From Treponemataceae bacterium (GTDB lineage: Bacteria > Spirochaetota > Spirochaetia > Treponematales > Rectinemataceae), in assembly GCA_963678065.2 (NCBI GenBank), contig CAXXVZ010000004.1:160001-224000 (forward strand): DNA of 64,000 nt. Direction: 5' to 3'. The notes beneath the pieces were generated by a model. That model had not been told where the DNA came from and made no database searches. It saw only the letters and a program-made list of their open reading frames with translations. Shown piece after piece: positions 30,198 to 40,106 of this stretch (its first letter is position 1; the number at the start of each line of letters is the position of its first letter). The translations under genes were made by a program, and so were the position numbers.

Positions 30198-31118
30198 TTA
30201 ACAGCCCTGCAGCGAGCTGCGAGGCATGAAACCCGCCTGCGAGTCGATGAAGTCCCGCGCCGCGCGGCCCACCGCTTCGGGATCCTCGATGACGGCGGCG
30301 TGTCCCGCGCCGGGGATGACGGCGAGTCGGGCGCCCGGAATGCCGGCGGCTATTGTACGGGCGAAACCGCTGTGCTTCAGGATATCATTCTCCCCGACCA
30401 TGACAAGGGTGGGACAGGCAATATTTCCGAGGCGGCGCGTCAGGTCGATGTCGAGGAAGGCGTCGCAGAGCGAGACGAAGGCCGTGAAATAATCGCGAGG
30501 CAGGCAGGCCACGGCCGCCTCGCGCTTCGCGAGGAGTTCGCGGCTGCGGCCGATGTACGCGGCGGAATAATTCCAGGGTACGATGGCCCGGTAGAATGTG
30601 ACGGGGTCGGCGAGGGCCGCCCGCTTCCAGGATTCCACCGTGGCCGAAAGCAAAGGATCCAGCTCGCTCACCCCGTCGACGAGAACGAGGGAAGCGCAGC
30701 GTTCCGGGTAGTTCAGGGCGAAAACCATGGCCACCTCGGCGCCGTATGAGGTGCCGACGAGGTGGGCCCGGGCGATTCCTCGCAGGTCCATGAGGGCCGC
30801 AAGGTCGTCGGCGTGCATTTCGAGGCTGTAGGGCCCGTCGGGTCGGTCGCTCAGCATCTGCCCTCGCATGTCGTGGCAGAGGCAGCGGTAGCTGTCCGCG
30901 AAAAACGGCAGCAAGGGCTTCCAGTGCGCGATCGTCATCGCGATCCCGTTCAGGAAGGCGACAGTCGGCCCGGGACGAATCCGCGTCTCTTCCGAAGGCG
31001 CGGCCGGGGCCTCAGCCGAGACCGCGGCCGATATCCTGGCTGCGGCCCCTATTTCGGACGGCAGGGTTTCGGAGTCCTCGAAGGCCAGTCCGACGCCGTC
31101 GACCTTGATCCTGTCCAT
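30198..31118 (-). CDS. Alpha/beta hydrolase, enol-lactonase (PcaD)-like
   Basis: 'HDMRGQMLS', 'GTSYG', 'GEND', 'AGHA'. Confidence 0.85.
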   Translation of the reverse strand: MDRIKVDGVGLAFEDSETLPSEIGAAARISAAVSAEAPAAPSEETRIRPGPTVAFLNGIAMTIAHWKPLLPFFADSYRCLCHDMRGQMLSDRPDGPYSLEMHADDLAALMDLRGIARAHLVGTSYGAEVAMVFALNYPERCASLVLVDGVSELDPLLSATVESWKRAALADPVTFYRAIVPWNYSAAYIGRSRELLAKREAAVACLPRDYFTAFVSLCDAFLDIDLTRRLGNIACPTLVMVGENDILKHSGFARTIAAGIPGARLAVIPGAGHAAVIEDPEAVGRAARDFIDSQAGFMPRSSLQGC

Positions 31119-31120
31119 GC

Positions 31121-31843
31121 TCAGATCCCCAGGTAGGACGTGAGGACGTGGGGATTGGTCTTGAGGCCCTGGGCGGAGTCCTCGATGGCGATGACTCCGT
31201 TCTCGAGCACATAGCCCCTGTCGATCGCCCTGAGGCTCTCGCGCACGTTCTGTTCGGTGACGAGAATGGAGACTGTTTTCTTGAGTTCCTTCAGGACTTC
31301 GAAAACTTCAGCCACGAGCGAAGGCTGAAGCCCGAGCGAGGGTTCGTCGAGAATGAGAAGCCGCGGATTGGACATGAGGGCCCGGCCGATGGCGACCATG
31401 CGCTGCTGCCCCCCTGACATGGTGCCGGCGTATTGTTTGTAGCGCTCCTTCAGTATCGGGAAGAGGCTGAACACCTTTTCGAGCTGGCTGTCCGCGATGT
31501 CCTTCGCGTGAGGGATGAAGGCCGCCCCGAGGGCGAGATTGTCGGCCACCGACATGCCGGGGAAGAGCTCCCGCTCCTGGGGAACGAGGGCGATTCCCGC
31601 ACGGGCCATCGCGAAAGTCTCGGTGCCGAGGATGTCCTTTCCGTCGAATTTGACCGAGCCCGACCAGGCCTTTCCGATTCCCATGACGGCGTTGATGAGG
31701 GTTGTCTTGCCGGCGCCATTCGGACCGAAGAGCCCTACGGACTCGGGCGCCCCCGTTCCTTCCTCGCCGACGTGGAGGGACACGCCCATGAGCACTTTCA
31801 GTTTTCCGTAGCCGCATTCGAGATTTCTGATGTCGAGCATCAT
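31121..31843 (-). CDS. HAAT-type ABC ATP-binding protein (LivF-like)
   Basis: 'GPNGAGKTT', 'AGTMSGGQQRM', 'LDEPSLGL', 'EQN'. Confidence 0.9.
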   Translation of the reverse strand: MMLDIRNLECGYGKLKVLMGVSLHVGEEGTGAPESVGLFGPNGAGKTTLINAVMGIGKAWSGSVKFDGKDILGTETFAMARAGIALVPQERELFPGMSVADNLALGAAFIPHAKDIADSQLEKVFSLFPILKERYKQYAGTMSGGQQRMVAIGRALMSNPRLLILDEPSLGLQPSLVAEVFEVLKELKKTVSILVTEQNVRESLRAIDRGYVLENGVIAIEDSAQGLKTNPHVLTSYLGI

Positions 31844-32559
31844 GCCGCACCTCCGAGATAGGCCTCGATGACGCGCGGGTTTTTGGAAACCGTCTCGTAG
31901 GGCCCCTCCGCTATAAGTTCGCCCGCCTCGAGCACGATGACTCTGTCGGTCAGCTCGCGAATGACGCCCATGACGTGCTCTACGACGCCCACGGCGATTT
32001 TCTCGCGCCGGGTGACTTCCTTGATGAGGCGGATGACTTCCTTTGTCTCGTCGGAGTTGAGGCCGGCCATGATCTCGTCGAGGAAGAGGACGCGCGGTCC
32101 GTTTGCGAGTGCGTGCGCTATTTCCATCTTCTTCGTTTCGAGCATCGTGAGCTGGGATATCTCGCGCTCCAGGCGGGTGAGTCCCATGGACTCGCAGAGC
32201 TCGCCTGCGTGCTGCCGGGCTCTGCGCAGACTCTCGCGCCTCGCGAATATGAAGCCGACCATGACGTTCTCGATCACGTTGAGGTTCTCGAGGGGATGGA
32301 TGAGCTGGTAGGTCCTCGCGATGCCCATCCTGGCGCGTTCGTGCGCCGGCAGCTCGGTTATGTCCCTGCCGTTGAAGGTGATAGTGCCGGATGTCGGCAT
32401 GTATATTCCCGAGATCAAGTTGATGAATGTCGTCTTTCCCGCGCCGTTGGGGCCGATGATGCCGAGAATCTCGCCGGCATCGATCGAGAAGCTCACGTCA
32501 TTCACGGCGACGAGGCCGCCGAAGCGCTTTGTCAGTCCGTTTGTTTCAAGACTGGGCAT
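31840..32559 (-). CDS. HAAT-type ABC ATP-binding protein (LivG-like)
   Basis: 'KRFGGLVAV', 'GIARTYQ', 'VEH', 'VIEAYLG'. Confidence 0.9.
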   Translation of the reverse strand: MPSLETNGLTKRFGGLVAVNDVSFSIDAGEILGIIGPNGAGKTTFINLISGIYMPTSGTITFNGRDITELPAHERARMGIARTYQLIHPLENLNVIENVMVGFIFARRESLRRARQHAGELCESMGLTRLEREISQLTMLETKKMEIAHALANGPRVLFLDEIMAGLNSDETKEVIRLIKEVTRREKIAVGVVEHVMGVIRELTDRVIVLEAGELIAEGPYETVSKNPRVIEAYLGGAA

Positions 32560-33478
32560 TTCTCTTTCTCCTCGCGTTCCGGACAATGCCGTAGATGCCG
32601 TTGGGCATGAACAGGATGACCAGGATGATGATGAAACCGTAAACCATGAGGTATCCGTAGGGGATCTTCAGTTTGAGGAATTCCGAGGCCAGGCCGAGAA
32701 GGACAGCGCCGATGATGGGTCCCCAGGTGGAGTGGATGCCGCCGAGCAGGGCCATCGCGAGTGGCAGGAGGGTGTAGTTCCCGTCGAAGGAAGAATCCGG
32801 CATCGCAAAGCCGTAGGACATGACCTGGACGCCGCCTATGAGTCCCTGGAGGAAGGAGGTGACGACGAAGACAACGATGAGGTTGGCGAAGATATTCACG
32901 CCGCTCGAACGCGCGCTCGTCTCGTTGTTGCGGATCGCGGTGAGGGCGAAGTGCAGCCTCGATCTTTCGAATATCACCGAAGCCCCGACCGTCACGATGA
33001 CCATGCCGAAGGAGAGCCAGTACAGAAGGGCCGAGTTGCCCTTGAACATCACGTTCTCGAGCACGAGGCCCTCCGGGCCGCCTGTGAACGAGGACCAGTT
33101 GTGGATGATGACCTTAAAAATCTCCGCGAGGGCGAGAGTCGTGATCGAGAAGTAGATTGCCCTGAGCCTCAAGATCAGGAATCCGAGGATGAGCGCGACG
33201 AGGGCGGCGAAGACCGCCGAGAGCAGGATGGCCGCGGCAGGAGGAAAGCCTGCTTTGACGGCGGCCATGGCGGCCGCGTAGCTGCCGAGGCCATAGAATC
33301 CCGCGATGCCGAAGGATATCTGGCCGGAGCGAAGAAGCATGTCCCAGGTGATCGCAAGGGCCATGTAGGTGAAGATGCTTCGCGCGACCGCCTGCGGATA
33401 GGCGCCGAGGCCCAGGGGCAGGAGGGCGCCGGCCGCCGCGACGACGAGGGGCAGGATCCATTTCGTCGATTTGTTCAT
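32546..33478 (-). CDS. HAAT-type ABC permease (LivM-like)
   Basis: 'GQISFG', 'LRLRAIYFSITTLA', 'FTGGPEG', 'AIRNNE'. Start at MNKSTK. Confidence 0.9.
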   Translation of the reverse strand: MNKSTKWILPLVVAAAGALLPLGLGAYPQAVARSIFTYMALAITWDMLLRSGQISFGIAGFYGLGSYAAAMAAVKAGFPPAAAILLSAVFAALVALILGFLILRLRAIYFSITTLALAEIFKVIIHNWSSFTGGPEGLVLENVMFKGNSALLYWLSFGMVIVTVGASVIFERSRLHFALTAIRNNETSARSSGVNIFANLIVVFVVTSFLQGLIGGVQVMSYGFAMPDSSFDGNYTLLPLAMALLGGIHSTWGPIIGAVLLGLASEFLKLKIPYGYLMVYGFIIILVILFMPNGIYGIVRNARRKRNAQS

Positions 33479-34398
33479 ATTTTCCTCTCCTTGTGCGACC
33501 TGACCATGATCACGACGATGATGATCGCGAAGAAGACGATGTTGGACCAACCCGACATGCCCCTGAAGGAGCTGATGAAGGCTTCGGAGAGTCCGAGAGC
33601 GAGGCTTCCGTAGAGGATGCCGGGGATGTTGCCGACCCCGGCCATCGCCACGAGGCAGAATGATTTCATCGTGAAGGGCGAACCCACGTTGGGAAATATC
33701 GAAAAGCGCGTCAGGAACACCGATCCCATGATTCCGACGAGGACGACGGAGATGGTGAATACCCCGACGAATATTTTCTGTACGTCGATGCCGACAATGG
33801 CCGCGCCGCGAGGATTCTGGCCGACGGCCAGGGCCGCCTTGCCGAGCCTCGTGTGAGTGAGGAAGTATTTGAGTGAGTAGGCCATGACGATCGCGATTCC
33901 CACGAACACGAAATTGAAAATGCCGAAACTCGTTTCGCCGATTGTCATCGACGCGGAGACATAGTCGAGCGGAATTTTCCTGGTCTGGGAGGTGAACAGG
34001 ATTGTGATGGCTTGGCTCAGCGTTATGGCGATGCCGAAGGTGAGGATGAGCTGGTTGAGCTCGGGCGCCTTCAGCGAATGCTTTATGGTGAGCTTGAATA
34101 TGCCGAAGCCCAGTATGGCCATGACGACCGTGACGGGGACGAGGGCGAGAAGCGGATCGATTCCAAGGGAACGGCTCACGAAATAGGTGACATAGGCGGA
34201 GACCATGAGGAGTTCTCCGTGAGCCAGGTTGACGATGTGGACTATTCCGAGTACGAGCCCCATGGGGATCGCGATGGCGGCGTAGAGTCCGGCCTGCTGG
34301 ACGCCGTATATCAGGACGGTCGGTTTCCAGGCGATCATGATAGCGGCGGCGACAAGTCCGGTCAGTCCGTAGATGATGGTCTTTTTGTTCAGTGTCAT
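33475..34398 (-). CDS. HAAT-type ABC permease (LivH-like)
   Basis: 'IVNLAHGEL', 'TRLGKAALAV', 'GVGNIPG'. Confidence 0.9.
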   Translation of the reverse strand: MTLNKKTIIYGLTGLVAAAIMIAWKPTVLIYGVQQAGLYAAIAIPMGLVLGIVHIVNLAHGELLMVSAYVTYFVSRSLGIDPLLALVPVTVVMAILGFGIFKLTIKHSLKAPELNQLILTFGIAITLSQAITILFTSQTRKIPLDYVSASMTIGETSFGIFNFVFVGIAIVMAYSLKYFLTHTRLGKAALAVGQNPRGAAIVGIDVQKIFVGVFTISVVLVGIMGSVFLTRFSIFPNVGSPFTMKSFCLVAMAGVGNIPGILYGSLALGLSEAFISSFRGMSGWSNIVFFAIIIVVIMVRSHKERKI

Positions 34399-34421
34399 TG
34401 CTCACCCCGGGTTCATTGTAC

Positions 34422-34461
34422 AAAAAGGCGGCCAGGAAACAACAACTGTCGCCCGGCCGTC
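34422..34461 (-). terminator. Hairpin + U-tract between the binding-protein gene and the permeases
   Basis: Minus strand GACGGCCGGG...CCTGGCCGCC-TTTTT. Confidence 0.55.
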
Positions 34462-34513
34462 ATTGAAGGGGGCGCGCCTTCTTGAAGGCACGCCCCGGCA
34501 GGAGACAGTAGCC

Positions 34514-35710
34514 TTATTTCCAGGCCGGGAAAGGATACACGGGATCGGCGGTCTTGACGTCGAAGGGCCAGATCACTTCCTGGCGGCCGTTCTGCCACTG
34601 GAGGATCTTCTGGTTCCGCACGCCCTGATGCTTGATCACGTTGGAGGGCGTGAAGGTGATGGTCTCGCCGAGAGGAGAAGCGTACTTCGTCTGCTCGAGC
34701 GCCTTGATGACGGCGGCATTGTCGGTGGAACCGGCTCGCTTGATCGCATCGACGAGGATGTAGACCGCGGAGTACGAGAGCGGGGCGAAGTAGGTAGCCG
34801 GCTCGTATTTGTACTTGGCCACGAATGAGTTGTAGAATTTGTCGCTCACCGGGCTGATGTCGTTGATCGAGGGCGCCCACATGCCGTAGAGACTCACGTT
34901 GTTGGCGAGGGAGGATTTCCCGAAATCCTTGGGCCATCCCGGAGGAGCTCCGACGTAGAGGGGCGGGGAGAACTTCATCGCCTTGGCGCTCTCGAGCATC
35001 GGAAGCGCGTCTGCGTCGTAACCTGCCCAGAGGAAGAGGTCGGGCTTGTAGGCCTTGGCCGCTTCCAGCATGGAGGTGTAGTCGCCGCCACCGAGTGCCG
35101 CGCTCTTGAAGGAGGCGCCGTCGAACTGGTAGTCCTTGCCGAACAATACCTTGGACTGATCGAAGGAGGCCTTGCCGAAAGCGCCTTCCTCATAGGCGAG
35201 GAACATCCTCGTGATCTTCATCTTGGGATACTTGGCCTGAAGCTCGGCCCAGCCGGTCTGATAGCTCGCGGCCTGATTGTAGTCCCAAGGATGCAGGTGG
35301 AAGTACCAGTCGGCATCAGCGCCAAGGGCCTTCTCGACGAGGCTGCTCGCCGCGCCGGTGGAGACGACGATCTTCCCGTACTTCTTCATTGTCGGTATCT
35401 GGCCGAGCGCGACGCCGGAAGCCATTCCGCCAATGAGGAAGTCGACTTTGTCGACCGTGACGAGCTTCTCGAGGGCCGCGACGCCCTTGTCGGCTTTCAG
35501 CTCGTCGTCGACGATAATGAGCTGGAGCTGTTTGCCGAGGACTCCGCCTGCCTTGTTGATCTCCTCGACGGCCATCAGGGCCGCCTTGGAACCATGGTCT
35601 CCCGTGACATCGGCGAGCGGCCAGGTTGCGCCGATCTTGATGACGCCCTGTCCGAAGGCCGCCGACGCGAGGAGCGCGAAGAGCGCAGCGACAGCGATTG
35701 TCTTTTTCAT
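34514..35710 (-). CDS. HAAT-type ABC substrate-binding protein (LivK-like fold)
   Basis: Signal peptide, 'IKIGATWPL', 'AVEEINKAGGVLGK', 'ILQWQNG..VIWP'; SD AAGGAGG. Confidence 0.9.
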   Translation of the reverse strand: MKKTIAVAALFALLASAAFGQGVIKIGATWPLADVTGDHGSKAALMAVEEINKAGGVLGKQLQLIIVDDELKADKGVAALEKLVTVDKVDFLIGGMASGVALGQIPTMKKYGKIVVSTGAASSLVEKALGADADWYFHLHPWDYNQAASYQTGWAELQAKYPKMKITRMFLAYEEGAFGKASFDQSKVLFGKDYQFDGASFKSAALGGGDYTSMLEAAKAYKPDLFLWAGYDADALPMLESAKAMKFSPPLYVGAPPGWPKDFGKSSLANNVSLYGMWAPSINDISPVSDKFYNSFVAKYKYEPATYFAPLSYSAVYILVDAIKRAGSTDNAAVIKALEQTKYASPLGETITFTPSNVIKHQGVRNQKILQWQNGRQEVIWPFDVKTADPVYPFPAWK

Positions 35711-35833
35711 CCGTGCCTCCTTGAACTGTCGAAAACCGTTTCCCGGTCTGCGGCCGACGGCCGGTTCCGGAAACGGCAAAAGTACCCACTGGTTGGCGGC
35801 CCCGCATATCGGGCCCGCATTCGCCATCCCGGT

Positions 35834-36571
35834 TTACAGAACCAGGCCTCCGTCCACTCGCAGGACCTGTCCGGTGATGAAGACCGCCTCGTCGCTGGAA
35901 AGGAAGAGGACGGCGTTCGCGATATCGATGGGCTCGGCGAGCCTGCCGAGGGGGGTCTTGGCGATGAAGGGCTCGAGGACTTTTTCCGGCACGCTCGCGA
36001 TCATAGGCGTGCGGCAGTAGCCAGGCGAAACCGAGTTGACGCGGACCTTGGCACCTTTACGGGCGAATTCCTTGGCCCAACCCTTGGTCATGGAGACCAC
36101 GCCGCCCTTGGTGGCCGCGTAGTTGGACTGGCCGATGTTGCCGTCCAGGCCCACGACGCTCGAAATGGAGACGACCGAGCCCGAGCCGCACTGCATCATG
36201 ACGGGGGCGACGGCGCGGGTCATCTTGAAAACGCCCGTCAGGTTGACGGCGATGACGGCGTCCCAGTCCTCGTCGGACATTTTCTGGATCAGCGCGTCGC
36301 GCGTGATGCCGGCGTTGTTGACGAGAGCGTCGATGCGCCCGAATTCGGCGACGACTTTCGTCACGAAATCGTTGATGCCTGCGGTATCCGTGACGTTGAG
36401 CACGACGCCCCGGACGTTGGACCTGCCCGCTTCCAGCTCGGCGAAGGCCGAATCGTTCACGTCGATGGCGAAGACCATGGCCGCGCCCTCGGCTGCGAAG
36501 CGGTCGACGATCGTCCTGCCTATTCCGCGGGCCCCGCCCGTCACCACACAAACCTTGTCTTTCATCCTCAC
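35834..36571 (-). CDS. fabG: 3-oxoacyl-(ACP/CoA) reductase, FabG-like SDR
   Basis: 'TGGARGIG', 'NNAGITRD', 'GNIGQSNYAATK'. GTG start after GGAGG (alternative ATG 36565). Confidence 0.85.
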   Translation of the reverse strand: MRMKDKVCVVTGGARGIGRTIVDRFAAEGAAMVFAIDVNDSAFAELEAGRSNVRGVVLNVTDTAGINDFVTKVVAEFGRIDALVNNAGITRDALIQKMSDEDWDAVIAVNLTGVFKMTRAVAPVMMQCGSGSVVSISSVVGLDGNIGQSNYAATKGGVVSMTKGWAKEFARKGAKVRVNSVSPGYCRTPMIASVPEKVLEPFIAKTPLGRLAEPIDIANAVLFLSSDEAVFITGQVLRVDGGLVL

Positions 36572-36617
36572 GATGGATTCCTCCCCTTCCTGACGTTCTG
36601 TATGTTTTTCCGCCGGA

Positions 36618-37631
36618 TTATCCGGCATAGGGTCCCCAGAGAACCACAGAGCTCGCCCATACGAATCCGAGCCCCGCGCCGACGAGCACGATGCGCGCGC
36701 CATCGCGGATTTTCCCCGCGTCGAGCCCCAGCTTTATGGAAAGCAGCTGGTCGTTCTGGCCGATATGGCCGTAGTCGTCGAGGTAGGTGGACTGTTCCTG
36801 CGAGAGCCCGAGCTCGGCCAGGACGGCTTCGTGGGCGCTTCTCTTGAAATGGAGGATGGCGAGGTAGTCGATATCCCGCTCCCCATAACCCGATTTCTTC
36901 ATGGACTCGCGGATGACGGTGTAGAAGTTGGGCATCGTCACCTCGCCGAGCTTCTTTTTGAAGGCTTCGTCGTCGGGTACGACGAAATACGGATGCTCCG
37001 CATCGGCGGCCGATGGCGGCCAGGCCCTCGACCCGAGGACGGGAACCACGCACATCTCCGAGAGCGAACCGTCGCCCCGGAACGCCGAGGCGAGGACGGC
37101 GTTCTTTCCGAGGTTCTTGCGCAGCACACAGGCCGATCCGCCCGAGCCGATGTCCATCATGAAGCGCGTGGAGGGATTCGCGAGGTCGATGAGATCGTTG
37201 TTCCGGTAGCCCGAGACGAGGAGGACGGTAAAGAGGTCGTCGCGGGCGAGCATGAGGGACTTGGCGACGTCCAGGGCCGCCATCATGGAGCCGCACATAG
37301 CCTCCATATCGAAGCTCCATGCGCGATCTGCGCCGAGACGATGGGCGACATTGAGGCCCGCGAGCCAGCAGGGATAGTCCTTGTGCTGGGCTCCGCACCA
37401 GATCAGAAGGTCAATTTCGGAAGCCTCGATCCCGGCGTCAGAGAGCGCGGCAGTCGCAGCGCGGTATCCCATCTCGGCGGTACTGTCTTCGGGGCCCGCG
37501 ATGGGTTTGGACTTGATACCGAATTTCTTCGCGATGACCTCTTCGGGAACGGAGGTGGCGGCGGAAAGCTCCGCGGCGCTCATCCTTCGTGGGGGCAGCC
37601 ATACGCCGATGCCCGCTATGCCAACATGCAT
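36618..37631 (-). CDS. KAS III (FabH)-like condensing enzyme, Cys-His-His variant
   Basis: Thiolase fold with 'DMEAMCGS', 'ILHFK', 'YGHIGQND', 'GAGLGFVW'. Confidence 0.85.
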   Translation of the reverse strand: MHVGIAGIGVWLPPRRMSAAELSAATSVPEEVIAKKFGIKSKPIAGPEDSTAEMGYRAATAALSDAGIEASEIDLLIWCGAQHKDYPCWLAGLNVAHRLGADRAWSFDMEAMCGSMMAALDVAKSLMLARDDLFTVLLVSGYRNNDLIDLANPSTRFMMDIGSGGSACVLRKNLGKNAVLASAFRGDGSLSEMCVVPVLGSRAWPPSAADAEHPYFVVPDDEAFKKKLGEVTMPNFYTVIRESMKKSGYGERDIDYLAILHFKRSAHEAVLAELGLSQEQSTYLDDYGHIGQNDQLLSIKLGLDAGKIRDGARIVLVGAGLGFVWASSVVLWGPYAG

Positions 37632-37649
37632 GTCAATCTCCGTAACAAG

Positions 37650-37843
37650 TGAATCGTCTCTCATTCGAGAATCAATCCATTTTCCGAATTCGTCAAGCAA
37701 AAAACAACACAGCCACGTCATTTTCTTACATTTTCGATAATTTTTTATCCAATACAGCGATAATAATCCGTTTTAGTGCGTTTTTTCGTTGCAAGTCCAC
37801 CAAAACGGGTCTATAATCGTCGGTAATACTGAATCACTTCTCA
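37650..37843. promoter_or_regulatory. Divergent promoter region with two TGAATC-N4-CTCA candidate operators
   Basis: Plus promoter TTGCAA(37789)-17-TATAAT(37812); minus promoter TTGACG-17-GATTCT; motif copies at 37650-37663 and 37830-37843. Confidence 0.6.
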
Positions 37844-37861
37844 CGCCAGCGGGGGTGAAGG

Positions 37862-39007
37862 ATGACAGAACAAAAAGAGGCGCAGAGAAAAGCCGAAACG
37901 GAGGAGAGACTCCTCCGGGCGGCGACTGCGCTTTTTGCCGATAAATGGTATGGAACGGTATCTGTCGCCGAAGTCTGCCGCACTGCGGGACTCTCCAACG
38001 GAGTCTTCTACAAGTACTTCACGAACAAGGAAGAGTTGTTCAAGAAAATCCTCGGCCGCATACTCGACCTGATCGCGGATTCGGTGGCGCGCGTGACAGG
38101 CTCCACGCCCGCCGAGAGACTCCGCAGTCTGACGGGCATCCTCGTGCGCTTCTCCGCGGACAATTCCGGGCTGGTGTCGGTGTTCCGCGAGGGCCAGTAC
38201 CGCTTCTTCGAATACGAACAGCGCCTGGTGAGGATCTATATGGACGCCCTCGCCGCGGCTCTCGGCAGAGCCGTGGAACTTCCGGAATACGTGTTCGCGC
38301 TCGGCGGCATCAGGTTCTCCGCCATCCGTCACGCCTTCCACCAGGTTCCCATCGACCTCGACAGCCTGTACAGTATCGTGGCGCGCGGACTCTTCCCTGA
38401 TCTTTCCGCCGACACCGAGAGAGTGTTCATGGGAAGCATCACTCCCCTCCCCTTCGACATAGAGCCCGACGCGCGGGAGCGCCTCCTCTCGGAGGGAAAA
38501 GTCCTCTTCGGGAAAAAGGGATTCTTCGAGACGAATATCCACGAGGTCACAGACGCTGCGGGTCTCTCCGTCGGCGCCTTCTACACCTATTTCGAGAGCA
38601 AGGAAAGTTTCTACGCCGAACTCATCGACCGCGTCGGGAAGGAAGTGCGGCACTTCATCTCCCTCAACATGGGGAAAGGCCTCAACAGGCTCGAGCGGGA
38701 GATGCGGGGAATCTGGCTCTTCACCGTGCTCCTCTCCATAGACAAGAACTGCTACAACATCGTGCGCGAAGCCGAGTTCGTCCTGCCACAGAAGGCCCGC
38801 GAATACTACCAGGCTTTCGTGGCCGGATACCTGCGGAATCCCGAGGGCAACGGCCAGGCCGACGAGAGGACGGCGATCGAATTCCTTCTCGGCGTGGCGC
38901 ACTATTTCGGCCTCGAAGTGGCCTTCGACGATTCGCCCGCCAACGCGCGCTCCGTCGTCGAGACTATAGGAACCTACCTCGTACGGGGTTTTTCGGACTT
39001 CGTATAA
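37862..39007 (+). CDS. TetR family regulator with two tandem TetR units
   Basis: HTH1 'AGLSNGVFYKYFTNKEE' and HTH2 'AGLSVGAFYTYFESKES'; 381 aa is about twice a TetR monomer. Confidence 0.9.
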   Translation: MTEQKEAQRKAETEERLLRAATALFADKWYGTVSVAEVCRTAGLSNGVFYKYFTNKEELFKKILGRILDLIADSVARVTGSTPAERLRSLTGILVRFSADNSGLVSVFREGQYRFFEYEQRLVRIYMDALAAALGRAVELPEYVFALGGIRFSAIRHAFHQVPIDLDSLYSIVARGLFPDLSADTERVFMGSITPLPFDIEPDARERLLSEGKVLFGKKGFFETNIHEVTDAAGLSVGAFYTYFESKESFYAELIDRVGKEVRHFISLNMGKGLNRLEREMRGIWLFTVLLSIDKNCYNIVREAEFVLPQKAREYYQAFVAGYLRNPEGNGQADERTAIEFLLGVAHYFGLEVAFDDSPANARSVVETIGTYLVRGFSDFV

Positions 39008-39038
39008 CTTCGACTTCAGACATTTCCGGAGGAATGAT

Positions 39039-40064
39039 ATGGCCAAGGCGAGGATTATCGGCACCGGGGTTTACGCGCCCGGCGAAGCGATCGACAACGA
39101 AAGACTGAAGGCCCTGACGGGCGTCGAGTTCGACTCGGGCAAGCTCGAAGCGAAGATCGGCATCCGCGCGCGGCATATCGCGAGGTTATGCGACGCAGAA
39201 TCCCCCGTCTCGCGCGAAACGACGGCGGACTTCTGCGAACATGCGGCGCGCGCGGCCCTCTCGGCGGCCGGCGTGGATCCGGAGGATGTCGGCATCTTCG
39301 TCGTCGCGACGGACACACCCGAGTACATCTCCCCCGCGACCGCCATCATTCTCCAGGGCAGGCTCCAGGGCGGCGAGCGCGAGACCGAATCCTTCGACGT
39401 GGGAGCCTCCTGCGCGAGCTTCGTCACCGCCCTCGACCTCGTCGCGCGCAGGATCGCGACCGACCCTTCAATGCGCTACGCGGTAGTCGTCGGCGTCTAC
39501 AACATGCCCGCCTTCGTCCGTCCCGGAGACGCCTTCGGCTGGTCGATCTTCGCCGACGGAGCGGGCGCCGTCGTTCTCGCGCGCACGGAGGATGGCGACT
39601 CTTCCGGCTACGTGGAGGGGGTGTTCAGGTCGGACGGGACACAGTGGGATTACGTCGGCGTCTACGCAGGGGGCACGCGCAAACCGGTCACGAAAGAGCT
39701 TCTCGACGCGGGGACCTGGGGGCTCGAACTCCTGCAACGCCTTCCGGGAGACCGGAATGTCAAGCTCTGGCCGCCCCTCGTACGGAGGCTTCTGGAGAAA
39801 GCGGCGTACACGCAGGAGGGCGTGGCCCACTACATCTTCACGCAGATCAACCGATCCGTCATCGCCGAGGTCATGGGAATCCTCGGAGAGGACATGTCGA
39901 AGACGACGACGGTCATGGACCGCTACGGCTACACGGGATCGGGATGCGTGCCCATGGCCCTGCATCACGCGATCGCCGAGGGGAGGGTCCGGAAAGGCGA
40001 TGCCGTAGTCCTCGTCGCCTCCGGGGCGGGACTCGCGGTCGGAGCGAACCTCATCGTCCTGTGA
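39039..40064 (+). CDS. KAS III (FabH)-like protein lacking the canonical His and Asn
   Basis: 'IIGTGVYAP', 'VATDTPEY', 'DVGASCASF', 'FADGAGAVV', 'FTQIN', 'YGYTGSGCVP', 'SGAGL'. Confidence 0.85.
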   Translation: MAKARIIGTGVYAPGEAIDNERLKALTGVEFDSGKLEAKIGIRARHIARLCDAESPVSRETTADFCEHAARAALSAAGVDPEDVGIFVVATDTPEYISPATAIILQGRLQGGERETESFDVGASCASFVTALDLVARRIATDPSMRYAVVVGVYNMPAFVRPGDAFGWSIFADGAGAVVLARTEDGDSSGYVEGVFRSDGTQWDYVGVYAGGTRKPVTKELLDAGTWGLELLQRLPGDRNVKLWPPLVRRLLEKAAYTQEGVAHYIFTQINRSVIAEVMGILGEDMSKTTTVMDRYGYTGSGCVPMALHHAIAEGRVRKGDAVVLVASGAGLAVGANLIVL

Positions 40065-40106
40065 ACGGCGCGGCACAAGAAAAACAAGAAAAAAAGGAGG
40101 CCATCC

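Noticed and set aside
32546..34423. Apparent 625-aa extended permease; also the 672-aa EchB ORF (48448-50466), 507-aa thiolase ORF and 512-aa GME ORF
   Set aside because: The N-terminal extensions are open frames overlapping the upstream gene; internal starts with SD or ATGA coupling give normal lengths.
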